From NCBI GenBank assembly GCA_964016885.1, contig OZ024746.1, positions 16,864,001 through 16,928,000 of the forward strand: a stretch of 64,000 nucleotides of DNA, written 5' to 3'. The stretch is from Eledone cirrhosa (lineage: Eukaryota). Both the position numbers and the translations under genes were made by a program. The notes beneath the pieces are model-generated. The model was not told where the DNA came from. It did not search any database and worked only from the letters and a program-made list of their open reading frames with translations. Every line of letters begins with the position of its first letter. The first letter of the stretch is position 1. Shown here piece after piece: positions 1 to 13,190 of the stretch.

Positions 1-1950
1 TTAAATTAGAAGTAAAATTATAGTAATAACATGAATATAATAATTTTGGTTGGACTATTTGACTCGTACTAAGATCATATAAAGTTTGCAAAAGAAACAA
101 TATGAAAAATGCCAGACCCCCCCCCCCCCATACCCTTAATTACACATCAATGAATGCTGGTATTGACATCTAAACATTTTTTAGGCAAACCAAGACAATA
201 TTTTTGCGGGTAATAGCGAGGCTAAGGTGCTGGAATAGGCAACCACTCATAATAGTACGTATTTTATCGACTTATGAAGGATAGAAATCAAAGTCAACCA
301 TTGATGTAACTATATATCTCAAGGCATTTTTGTCCCTAGATCTGCACATTATACACTTACCAAGATAGTAAAACAAGGCACCATTCAAATCATGATTGCC
401 TTCAACATAAATCTCCTCGCCCGTGTCAATTTACAAACGATACTAGAGTTATAAATCCATTCGGGAGTCTACGCTTTCGTTTGATTTGTTAGTGGAAGCA
501 CTATAATCTCTGTCAAATTACATGGTAGTCATCTTAAAAAGGAATAGTACGTAATAATTTTCAGAGAAGATAGGGTGGTCATAGCTGGAACGTCTTTGAT
601 TATAGGTCTGTTTAGTAATTGTTTGTTAACTTTATTAGGGAAGCTGTGTTCATACAAACACTAAAGAGACTATCTAGATGATATATATATATATTACTCC
701 ATTACTGGTGCCTTCGACGAATTTAGTCAATAACATCGAACCTGGTACTCTCTTTATACTGGGAGAGTCGTGGGTGCAGAATCTTCAAGCACACCTTTCA
801 GCGGGTCCAGTCAGAAGCAACCGTCTTCGAGCTAATGGATGTTATCCAATCATCTTGCTCTGGGTCCTCCTGCCAATTGGTTTTGTCCGTAAAATCTGTC
901 CAGCGATTCTTTTCCGAGACATTCTAACCACATGTCTGTATGTATGTGTGTGTGTGTGTGTGGGGGGGTCGTTCGGTGACCCATTTCATTCATTGATATG
1001 GATTTGTAGCGACTCATGCAACCAGACAAAGTTTTAGTCGTTCGGTGTGTTTCACCGATTTATTCGACCAATGCCACAGCAATAGCATTTAGCCATTGGC
1101 TATATAAATGGAACATGAAAGTGATTCTTTCTTATCAATGTAACTCAACCCAGAGCCTGCAACTCTCTCTCTTTCAATCGAATTGGAATTTTGTTTTAGC
1201 TAGTGATATTTCAGTCAAACGAGACATTGATTCTCTATTCCTCCAGGTTATCAACACCGATGTTGATTTGTCTTCTTTTTATCCCAGTAAAATGTTACAT
1301 TCACACTAAGTGGGACGCCAAAAAGAACCCTATTTCAAGAATATATGAATAACACTACTTCTAGAACGCGTTTAACTTAAACCTTGATTTTTCAGCGTTA
1401 CATTTTGCACACACATCCTACAGATTTCGCTGGCATCTTGCACGCCTATCATGCAGACTCACTTGCATTTTGTATTCACATCATATATAGCCACTTGCAT
1501 TTTGCACACAATGTTGGTCCAGCTACATTTTATGCAAACATGTAGGTCTCGCATCTCGTCTTCATAGTATATTTTTGTCAGTCCTTTTGCTAACTCCCCA
1601 TCTGTAAACGGGGACACGTTTCAATTGAACGATATATCGATTTGTCAGGTTACCAACTCCTTATGTTGATTTCCTTTCATTTTATCTCAACATTTTCCAT
1701 TCAAACTCCATTTGTGATTAAAAAAAGAATTACATTTCAAGGACATATATACTATGTGACATCTACAATACTTTTAACTGAAACCATTAAAAAATATTAA
1801 TATTGTAAATGAAAATTGTTACATTTTTCTCTCTGAACCAGTCTTATTCAAACCTGTACATTTGAAAATAAACACGTACCACTTTCTAGGGGCCTACCTT
1901 CTGTTGGTACAAAGGAAATAAAAAGAGAACATATACATTTTGTGTTCTTT

Positions 1951-2020
1951 TTTGTATGTATAGTTTTTATTTCGCGTAATTGTGCATACAATTACGCGAA
2001 ATAAAAACTATACATACAAA
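1951..2020. repeat. Perfect 33-bp-arm inverted repeat (4-nt loop)
   Basis: TTTGTATGTATAGTTTTTATTTCGCGTAATTGT (1951-1983), loop GCAT, exact reverse complement at 1988-2020. Confidence 0.9.
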
Positions 2021-3180
2021 CTCGCACTCAACCTCACGCATCACAATCGAGGGTGTTGGGGTCTCCCTCTAAATTACATTTTCTACAAATTCATATTTGA
2101 TCACTCTTTTTCACCCCTCCGATATAAGTGTTAATAAAATAATACCAGTAAGACAACGAGGTCAACCTACCATTTTCGATTACAAAACCACCTACGCAGA
2201 AGCAATAAAGCATAGAGTAGTTCTGTACACTGACAAAACTGGATATTTAGCTCGTTTCGATCACCATGCGTTGTTAATATCTCCACTCCCGAGAAAGGCA
2301 TGTACGTCACATAATCCCATATTTAATTCCACTTATAAATCTGTTGCTTTGTGTCTAAAATTCAATTAGGGTTACTGTGTTTAATACAGATGCTAATTTA
2401 GGCTAGATTTTTTTTGGGGATAAATGTTCATTTTTTTGTGGGGCCTTCCTTTAAAAACGTAAGTAAATAATGATGAAATTAAACGAATAATGAGGAATTA
2501 GCTTCTCCCTTTCCCTTCGAATATTATATCACGAGAAGCCTTAGAAAACTACGTTTTTGTAACAAAAGAAAAAGAAAAATGAAAAAAAAAAACAACATAT
2601 TTCTAGCATGAGTTGGAACTCTTAGTAAATATTGTGAATGCTTTGTCCGCGTCACGTGGTCGGTGCGACCTTTGTTGATGTGTTATTTTATTTCGACAAA
2701 CATTTCTTCTCTCACTTTGTCATTCTTCTTCGCCAACTCATCTAAATACTTTCTCTATTCTTCCTTGTGTTGCTCGTTTTAAACTATCACACACACACAC
2801 AAATAGAGAGAGAGAAAGAGATAATGCAATTTTAAAAATAATATAATTTTTATCAGGTTACATAGCAATAAATATTTCCTTCCATATTATTATTGTTTCC
2901 ATTGCACTTTTCTTGCTTTGCTTCCTCACTCCTACTTTCACTTTAGACACCTTTAGCTTATCTGATAAGGTTCTTTAATCTCTTATCTTTTGTTTATTTG
3001 TTTAAAGACATGATTGAAGATAATAAAGTAAATAAATCAGTGGTCATTCAAATCCGGCTTCAATGGCTGGCTTATTTGCCTTAGTGGCCCTAGAATATGT
3101 ATAATAAAATAAATATGGTTTTATAAATATAGTTTCCATTTGTTAATATATTGTATATATATATAACAACACAATATAAT

Positions 3181-3254
3181 TATTCCATTAACTAAAGTTT
3201 CATGAAACTAGACGATCTTAACAGAAACGTCTAGTACACTCATCAGATGAAATA
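3181..3254 (-). ncRNA. Type I hammerhead ribozyme motif (near-complete, one extra nt at the cleavage junction), PLE-type
   Basis: Minus strand: TATTTCAT-CTGATGA-GTGT ACTAGACG...CGTCTAGT TTCAT-GAAA-CTTTAG-TTA-ATGGAATA. Stem I is TATTTCAT/ATGGAATA and stem II has an 8-bp core. Short (TA)n runs lie on both sides. Confidence 0.7.
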
Positions 3255-3689
3255 TTTATCTATCTATCTTTATATATATGTTGTTTCTTGTCTCTTTCTT
3301 TCTCACTGCTATTTTTTGTTTTTTACTTTTTCTCTTTTTTCTGTTTTACTCTGTGTCTCCTTCACCTATCACCCTCTCTCTGCCTCCTCCCTCTTTAATT
3401 TTTCTTCTGTATGTTTCTACCTCTCTCTCACCGTCTGTTGACTGATGCTGACTCCCCCCCCCTCTTTCGTTCTCACTCTCTTGTTAACATCCAATTTTTT
3501 CGCGTCTTAGTTTCTCTTTCAATATTCTCCGTTCTCATGCACATACGCGCACACACACACACACACACAAACACATATAGACACTCCATTCTCTCTCACA
3601 TACACACAGTCAACACAATATAATACTAATGTCTGCATGTTGCAACTTGACTCAGTTTTTTCCCTGTCGCAATACATACAAACACAAAC

Positions 3690-3795
<106 letters not shown>

Positions 3796-5581
3796 TATTA
3801 TTTGTCTTTGAACCGCAGCAGGTTAGTCTTTTGTCGCCCCACCATCGCTGTCATCGTCGCCACACTATCCTTCCTGTGATAGTCGTTGGTATGTAGTATA
3901 TGTATGTACTGGAGAGGAAGGAATGTGACTAACACGGCATGCTTCTCTACATGTGACGTGCTGAGAGAGAGAGAGAGAGAGGTGTGCTGTGGCCCGACAT
4001 CATTTCTTGTTTCCAATGCTCTCTCTCTCTGCATACCACAGCATCATCCTGTTATCTGATTGGCAACTGCTTGAATTCCATACGATTATTAAAATGCAGT
4101 TTACTGTTATGCCCTTCTACACGCAACTAAAGCCCACTGCATTCGTCTTTAGAGAAGAAAGATGGAAGAAGATTGTAAGGAGGTTAGGAGGAGTGGTAGA
4201 TCTTTCTTAAGAATTAACTAACTGATCACAGAAGTGATTTTTAAAAAGAAATTTCTTTTCAAGCATCATTTAGGCATCTCTCTCGCTCTACCATGATTTT
4301 CTTAGTCTAGGAAGAGAAAGTGGAGCTCCTTTGGGTTATATTCAAACTAGAACAACTGTCTCGAAGAAAATGAAAGCGTGTCCTAGTTTATTGTTGTTAT
4401 TTAGCTCTGTGTCAGCTCTAATGAAAGGCATTCCAGCCGTGACCGTCTAGTCATTTATTTTTTTATCAGATATAGTGTGTCAATGATTACATTATCGGTT
4501 GTGACCTTTTTTTGAAGGTTTGATTTTTAGGGAGATACAGCAGCTATTTCTAGCAGGTCGAGCATCCATATAGAGCTTTCCTGGTTGTAGTTATTCTATG
4601 ATCCAAGACGTTCCAGTCATGACCAACTTATCTTTCTGTATATCAGGGACTATATTGCCCAAATGTGTCATTTGCTTAAGGCGTCTGGGTATATTTGAGT
4701 CAATTCAGTTGCTATTTCTAGCAGATCGATCGATTACTTTCCGGCTCCCTCGTTTTATAGCGCATGTGACTGACTTCCTCCCCACCCACCCGATAGGTTC
4801 ATTGATTGTTCACATCAAGTGTGATTGGGCGCTGCATTTTGTCGACTCCACGGATGACTGATCTCCATAGTGTGTCCAGACAGTGGGGAAGGGGTGTCGA
4901 TATCACGTGTGTGTATGTATTATAGGGTGAGACGGGTGGGAGTGGGGCACATGTCTAATCTCGTCTTAATTGTTGTATAGTTTTATTAATTAAAAAAAAA
5001 TTAAGATGAAAATGTCGTAGGTTTTGATGTGTTTGTGGTTATAAATCAATACAATTATTTTAATTTATTTAACAAATTATTTTAATAAGATGGGGGTCGA
5101 GTGCAGGAATTCGTTCTAAATTCACTTGGCGAATTGAAGAATTGAGGACATATTCGATCAGTCGTTCTGGTTTCAATGTCTTCCGTTTTAACCGCTTTCT
5201 CGGGCTAATGGGAGGTGGTGGGGTTGTGTCCTATATTTGCTCATCCATCACTGACTTGTGTCTTCGGAAGAAGGCATTGAAACCCCCTCCCCCTCTTGTC
5301 CCACTTATGTCTTTTGTAGAGCAGATAAGGCACGAGAGAGAGAGATTTGATGGAGGAGCATCGGACGAACTAGTTTAGTAGCTTAAGGTTAAAAAAATAA
5401 ATATTTTCCATAATATATTTGATATCTTCACTCTCCACCTTCAGCTGTAATACAACTGGTTGACATCTCAATGACAGTCCATGAAATTCCTGTCATTTTA
5501 TTCCATTCGACTCTTTCACTCACTCCACTCGCCCTGTCTGTGTCACTATGCACATGTGTGTGTGTACATAAACATATGATA

Positions 5582-5932
5582 ATAATAATTGTTTCTACTT
5601 TTGGCTAATAATAATTGTTTCTACATTTGGCACAAGGCCAGCAATTAACCAGTGCATTACTGGTACTTTATTTTATCGACCCCGAAAGGATGAAAGGCAA
5701 AGTTAACCTCGACGGGATTTGAACTCAGATGACTTTTGCTAATAATAATTGTTTCTACTTTTGGCACAAGGCCAGCAATTATCCAGTACATAACTGGTAC
5801 TTTATTTTATCCACCCCGTAAGGATGAAAGGCAAAGTTGACCTCGGTGGGATTTGAACTCAGAATGGAAAGGGCCGTAATTCTATGCGTCAAAGCATGAC
5901 GTCCGACCCTCTACCGATACTGCCAATCCACC
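5582..5932 (-). mobile_element. Cluster of Meta-domain tRNA-derived SINE copies (one near full-length, one truncated, one tail fragment)
   Basis: Minus strand shows A-box TGGCAGTATCGG, B-box GAGTTCAAATCC, Meta-like core CTTTGCCTTTCATCCTTACGGGGT..ATAAAATAAAGTACCAG and 3' end CCTTGTGCCAAAAGTAGAAACAATTATT. Confidence 0.8.
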
Positions 5933-5934
5933 AA

Positions 5935-6281
5935 TGTGTATGTATATATATATATGTATATATATATGTACATGTATATATATGTATGTATATATTATGT
6001 ATATATATGTGTATATATATGTACATGAATATATATATATGTATGTATATATATATGTACTTGTATGTATATATATATGTATATATATATGTATGTATAT
6101 ATATATATGTATGTATATATATATATGTACATGTATGTATATATATATATATATGTACATCTATGTATATATATATATATATGTACATCTATGTATATAT
6201 ATATATGTACATGTATGTGTATATGTATATGTATATATATGTATATGTATATATATGTATGTATATATATATATATATATG
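5935..6281. repeat. (TA/TG)n degenerate microsatellite
   Basis: Direct reading; source of the spurious YI/VC-rich ORFs. Confidence 0.95.
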
Positions 6282-6298
6282 AATACCCCCCCCCCCCC

Positions 6299-7910
6299 CT
6301 ATACTTAGCTTTTGTTGACTTGGAGAAAGCCTTTGATAGAGTCCCATGCCTCATTATCTGGTGGGCTGTTAGAAAACTAGGTGTTGATGAATGGCTTGTG
6401 AGAGCTATACAAGCCATGTATAAAGAAACACTCAGCAAGGTTAGAATTAACAACAAATATAGTGAAGAGTTTAGCGTAAAAGTTGGTGTTCATCAGGGCT
6501 CCGTCCTTAGCCTTCGCCTATTTATTATTGCCCTTCAGGCTATAACAGATGAGTTCAAGACCGACTGCCCATGGGAACTCCTACATGCTGATGTTCTAAC
6601 GCTCATAGCCGAATCAATGACTGAACTAGAGAAGAAATTCCAAACATGGAAGCATGGCCTAGAATCAAAAGGCCTTAAAATTAACCTGTCTAAGACTAAA
6701 GTTCTAGTATGTAGGAAGGAAAATAAGGCACTGGTCCCATCTGGGAAATGGCCATGCTCAGTGTGTAGGAAAGGAGTAGGTAGAAACTCCATTTTATGTC
6801 CCAAATGCAAAGTATGGGTGCATAAAAGATGTAGTGGGATCACAGGTAAGCTAACAAAGAATATAAATTTTATATGTGGCCGGTGCTCAGGTGCAATAAG
6901 TAGCAGCAAGTACCCACAGAATACTAGCTCATTCCATTGCACAGATGGTTCTATAGAAATAGTGGACACCTTCCGTTACCTGGGTAACAAAATCAGCAGT
7001 GGTGGAGGGTGCTCTGAAAGTACAGTAGCTAGAGTCAGAACGAGATGGAAAAAGTTCAGAGAGCTTATACCACTATTGGCCGCTAAAGGGTTCTCTCTAA
7101 AAATGAAAGACAGATTGTATGATGCCTGCATACGAACAGCAATGTTACATGGCAGTGAGACTTGGGCATTGTGTGCAGAGGATATACGCAGACTGGAGAG
7201 GAACGATGCTTGCATGCTCCGTTGAATGTGTAATAGTAATATACGTGAACGGCAAAGCATAAATGAACTAAGTGAGAAATTAGGAATAAGAGGGATCAGA
7301 TGTTGTTTACTCGAGAGAAGACTACGTTGGTATGGTCACGTGATGCGCATGAAAGACGACAGCTGTATAAAAAAGTGCAGGGCGATCAAAATAGATGGTA
7401 GCCACGGAGTAGACAGACCCAGAAAGACCTGGGACGACTTGATAAATTCTGACCTCACACACTTACACTTCTCTAAGACAATGTCACTGGACCGAGATCT
7501 TTGGTGCTACGCAGTAATACAGAAGACCCGCCTTGCCTAAGTGCAAAGCGAAACCTACAGTCAGTAGGCACCTCTTACCAAAATATACCCCCGTCCCACT
7601 ACCCCCACCCTATCCACACCACCCCTTTTGATGTAAAGTTATGTTGGTACCACAACATCCAGTCCTAAATAAATGAGGTCGTGTAGGTCTCACGACAAAA
7701 AACACAGTCTACGCTGTAATGTGGCCGTGTAGGTAACACGGTAAAAACCTCCCAGTCCACACTGTAAACGTGATTGGTGTTAGGAAGTGCATCCAGCCAT
7801 AGAAAACCCGCCAGACAGTCCTATACGAGCAAGACAATCAATCTTGCCTTAAGTGGGAAAATTCCCATCCAAACCCATGGTAGCATGGAAGAGGGACGTT
7901 AAACGATGAT
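6299..7910 (+). mobile_element. 5'-truncated RTE-clade LINE (RT domain, PHD finger, C-terminus, 3' UTR, GAT tail), inactive
   Basis: RT motifs [29 protein letters not shown] (degenerate YADD), FRYLG, LHGSETW, RRLRWYGHV and RPRKTW. In-frame TGA at 7223-7225. 3' end GACGTTAAACGATGAT. Confidence 0.95.
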
Positions 7911-7946
7911 TATATGTATATGTATGTATATATATATATATATATA

Positions 7947-8463
7947 CCAAGGTTTCTTGGTGAGGAGGGTGACTTTGGACATCCTGCAGGACTAAAAACA
8001 AAACCTGTCAAAGGGCAAAGGAGCTCTTAAGAGTCACTGGCCATCCAAAATCACCGGGAGAGATGACCCCTTAGCCTTTGTCAAGGCAGAATTCTAGGAG
8101 AAGGAAAACTCTGATATAACACCTGCAACCCTGATGGTATCCAATGATGTTGACTTGTTCTTCTTTTTGGTAAATATCATCTTGGTTAAGAGAGTGGGAC
8201 TGGCTTTGTGCAGTGCCTTTGCTCACTATAAAAGCTTCACGGCACAGGCATTGCTTTATATCTGGAGATCTCTCTGCACTTGTCGTCACATGGTACCATG
8301 GGTCCAGCACTATGTGCCAGTAATTGTCACAAGTGTAGTGTTTGTACCAGAGTTTCCAAGTCGCTGGCTGGACTAAAAAGTCACTCGTTCAGCGCATCGG
8401 TAGGGGTTCTCCTACATGGATATAAAGTAGTGGCCGTACTCGAAAACGAGTTGGCAGCCACCA
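7947..8463 (+). mobile_element. Internally deleted (bipartite) non-autonomous RTE/BovB-like element
   Basis: The 5' part resembles RTE 5' UTRs (GAGTCACTGGCCATCCAA...TTCTAGGAGAAGGAAAACTCTGATATAA). The 3' part encodes the C2H2-like RTE C-terminal motif [17 protein letters not shown] (8334-8384). Both ends abut (TA)n. Confidence 0.6.
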
Positions 8464-8477
8464 TATATATGTACATG

Positions 8478-8514
<37 letters not shown>

Positions 8515-9330
8515 GTATATGTATGTATATGTATATGTATGTATATATATATGTACATGTATGTATATATATATGTACATGTATGTATATATATATGTAC
8601 ATGTATGTATGTATATGTATGTATATATGTATGTATATGTATGTATATATGTATGTATATGTATGTATATGTATGTATATGTATGTATATGTATGTATAT
8701 ATATGTATATGTATGTATGTATATATATGTATATGTATGTATGTATATATGTATGTATGTATATGTATGTATATGTATGTATATATATATGTATATGTAT
8801 GTATATATATATGTATATGTATGTATATATATATGTATATGTATGTATATATATATATGTGTATGTATATATATATATGTATATGTATATATATATATGT
8901 ATATGTATATATATATATGTATATGTATGTATATATATATATATGTACATGTATGTATATATATGTATATGTATATATATGTATGTGTATATGTATATAT
9001 ATGTATGTGTATATGTATATATATGTATGTGTATATGTATATATATGTATGTGTATATGTATATATATGTATGTGTATATGTATATATATGTATGTGTAT
9101 ATGTATATATATATGTATGTGTATATGTATATGTATGTATATATATATATATGTATGTATATATGTGTATTTATATATATATATGTGTATTTATATATAT
9201 ATATGTGTATGTATATATATATATGTGTATGTATGTATGTATATATATGTATGTATGTATGTATATATATATATGTGTATGTATGTATATATATATATGT
9301 ATATGTATGTATATATATATATGTATATGT
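8464..9330. repeat. (TA/TG)n degenerate microsatellite
   Basis: Direct reading. Confidence 0.95.
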
Positions 9331-9454
9331 AGGAGGTGAGTTTTATTGTAGTACAATAAAGCAATGCAGATATCGGATAAGAAGCACTCTACAGTTTGTA
9401 GGACTGGAGTATACATAATATATAAGATCAAAAGATGGTTAAATGAGTTCCATG

Positions 9455-9525
9455 TATTTTATTATGCGCATTTCAAAAACAAATATCATCATGCAATAAC
9501 ATTTGTGTTTTCATCAGATAAAATA
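9455..9525 (-). ncRNA. Type I hammerhead ribozyme (mirror copy in left arm)
   Basis: Exact reverse complement of 9633-9703. Confidence 0.85.
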
Positions 9526-9632
9526 GGAAGACATGATATGAAGGTTAAAAACACTTGTGGATAGGGCAGTGGATATGTTGATTTAAAACTGCACTATCCA
9601 CAAGTGTTTTTAACCTTCATATCATGTCTTCC

Positions 9633-9703
9633 TATTTTATCTGATGAAAACACAAATGTTATTGCATGATGATATTTGTTTTTGAAATGCGCATAATAAA
9701 ATA
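9633..9703 (+). ncRNA. Type I hammerhead ribozyme, complete core
   Basis: TATTTTAT (stem I)-CTGATGA-36-nt stem II (16 bp including G-U pairs and 1 mismatch, loop GCAU)-GAAA-TGCGCA (palindromic stem III)-TA^-ATAAAATA (stem I'). Predicted cleavage after 9695. Confidence 0.88.
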
Positions 9704-9743
9704 CATGGAACTCATTTAACCATCTTTTGATCTTATATATTAT

Positions 9744-10310
9744 ATGTATATGTATGTATATATGTATGTATATATGTATGTATATATGTATGTATATGTA
9801 TATGTATATATATATGTATATGTATGTTTATGTATATATATATATATATATGTAAGTGTATATATATATAAGTGTATATATATATGTGTAAGTGTATATA
9901 TATATATGTAAGTGTATATATATATGTATGTGTATATATATATGTATGTGTATATATATATGTATGTGTATATATATATGTATGTGTATATGTATGTGTA
10001 TATATATATGTATATATATATATATATGTGTGTGTGTATATATATATGTATATATATATATATGTGTGTATATATATATATATGTGTGTATATATATATA
10101 TATGTGTGTATATATATATGTGTGTATATATATATATGTATGTGTATATATATATGTGTGTATATATATATATGTATGTGTATATATATATGTGTGTATA
10201 TATATATATATGTGTGTATATATATATGTGTGTATATATATATGTGTGTATATATATGTGTGTATATATATATATGTATGTGTATATATATATATGTATA
10301 TATATATATG

Positions 10311-10341
<31 letters not shown>

Positions 10342-10942
10342 GTATGTGTATATATATATATGTATGTATGTGTATATATATATATGTATGTATGTGTATA
10401 TATATATTTGTATGTGTATGTATGTGTATATATATATATGTATGTATGTGTATATATATATTTGTATGTGTATGTATGTGTATATATATATATGTATGTG
10501 TATGTATGTGTATATATATATGTATGTATGTGTATATATATATGTATGTATGTGTATATATATATGTATGTATGTGTATATATATATATATGTATGTGTA
10601 TATATATATATATGTATGTGTATATATGTATGTGTATGTATGTGTATATATATATATATGTATGTGTATATATGTATGTGTATGTATGTGTATATATATA
10701 TATGTATGTGTATATATATATATGTATGTATGTGTATATATATATATGTATGTGTATATATATATATGTATGTGTATGTATGTGTATATATATATATGTA
10801 TGTGTATATATATATATATGTATGTGTATGTATATATATGTATGTGTATGTATATATATGTATGTATATGTATGTGTATATATGTATGTATATGTATGTG
10901 TATATATGTATGTATGTGTATATATATATATGTATGTATGTG

Positions 10943-10973
<31 letters not shown>

Positions 10974-11355
10974 GTATATATATATATATGCATGTGTATA
11001 TATATATATATGCATGTGTATATATATATATGTATGTGTATATATATATGTATGTGTATATATATGTATGTGTATATATATATATATGTATGTGTATATA
11101 TATATATGTATGTGTATATATATATGTATGTGTATATATATATATATGTATGTGTGTATATATATATATGTATGTGTGTATATATATATATGTATGTGTG
11201 TATATATATGTATGTATGTGTATATATATGTATGTGTATATATATATATGTATGTGTATATATATATATATGTATGTATGTGTATATATATATATATGTA
11301 TGTATGTGTATATATATATATGTATGTATGTGTATATATATATATGTATGTATGT

Positions 11356-11387
<32 letters not shown>

Positions 11388-11743
11388 ATATATATGTATG
11401 TATGTATGTGTATATATATGTATGTATGTGTATATATATGTATGTATGTATGTGTATATATATGTATGTATGTATGTGTATATATATATATATATATGTA
11501 TGTGTATATATATATATGTATGTGTATATATATATATATGTATGTATGTGTATATATATATATGTATGTATGTGTATATATATATGTATGTATGTGTATA
11601 TATATATGTATGTATGTGTATATATATGTATGTATGTGTATATATATATATGTATGTGTATATATATATATGTATGTGTATATATATATATATGTATGTG
11701 TATATATATATATATGTATGTGTATATATATATATATGTATGT

Positions 11744-11775
<32 letters not shown>

Positions 11776-12112
11776 ATATATATATATATATATGTATGTG
11801 TATATATATATATATATATGTATGTGTATATATATATATATATATGTATGTGTATATATATATATATATGTATGTGTATATATATATATATATATGTATG
11901 TGTATATATATATATATATATATATGTACGTGTATATATATATATATGTATGTATGTGTATATATATGTATGTATGTGTATATATATATGTATGTATGTG
12001 TATATATATGTATGTATGTGTATATATATGTATGTATGTGTATATATATGTATGTATGTATGTGTATATATATGTATGTATGTATGTGTATATATATGTA
12101 TGTATGTATGTG

Positions 12113-12143
<31 letters not shown>

Positions 12144-12144
12144 G

Positions 12145-12175
<31 letters not shown>

Positions 12176-12708
12176 GTGTATATATATATATGTATGTATG
12201 TGTGTATATATATATATGTATGTATGTATGTGTGTATATATATATATGTATGTATGTATGTGTATATATATATATGTATGTATGTATATATATATGTATG
12301 TATGTATATATATATGTATGTATGTATGTATGTATATATATATGTATGTATGTATGTGTATATGTATGTATGTATGTGTATATATATATGTGTATGTGTA
12401 TATATATATATATGTATATGTATGTGTATATGTATGTATATGTATGTGTATATATATATATATGTATGTATGTGTATATATATATATATATATGTATGTG
12501 TATGTATGTGTATGTATGTATATGTATGTGTATATATATATATGTATGTGTATATATATATGTATGTATATGTATGTGTATATATATATGTATGTATATG
12601 TATGTGTATGTATATATGTATGTATATGTATGTGTATATATATATGTATATGTATATATGTATTTGTATATACATATAAGTATGCATGTGTGCGTGTATA
12701 TATCTATC

Positions 12709-12739
<31 letters not shown>

Positions 12740-12766
12740 ATGTACATACGTATAAGTATGCATGTG

Positions 12767-12819
<53 letters not shown>

Positions 12820-12850
12820 GTATAAGTATGCATGTGAGTGTGTATACAAA
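9744..12850. repeat. ~3.1 kb (TA)n/(TATG)n/(TG) microsatellite array
   Basis: Direct reading; source of the 900-1000 aa spurious ORFs. Confidence 0.95.
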
Positions 12851-12960
12851 TATATATTTTAAGCCGACATAACACACACACATATACCATTATCCAATTT
12901 TATACCGCGGGAGAGTATATTTGCCGGGCCAGCTTAGTTTAAACCGTTTCGATGACATGT

Positions 12961-12985
12961 ATACGTGTGTGTGTGTATGTGTGGT

Positions 12986-13058
<73 letters not shown>

Positions 13059-13190
13059 TACATACACAAATACTTATACACACACACATACATACACAAA
13101 TACTTATACACACACACATACATACACAAATACTTATACACACACACATACATACACAAATACTTATACATACACACACACACACACATA
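12961..13190. repeat. (TG)/(TA)/(CA) microsatellite with a 30-bp tandem unit
   Basis: CACACACATACATACACAAATACTTATACA repeated 4 times. Confidence 0.9.

Larger units (their letters stand above)
9331..9743 (-). mobile_element. Hammerhead-bearing foldback element (PLE inverted pseudo-LTR / retrozyme-like) inserted in (TA)n
   Basis: 156-bp inverted arms at 9415-9570 and 9588-9743 (one mismatch seen), 17-nt spacer, unique ~84-nt tail at 9331-9414, microsatellite on both sides. Confidence 0.8.

Noticed and set aside
6065-6298. N-terminus of the 386-aa RT ORF
   Set aside because: Microsatellite and poly-C read-through upstream of the LINE truncation point
9733-12849. 900-1038 aa ORFs on both strands
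   Set aside because: Translations of a TA/TG microsatellite that lacks stop codons
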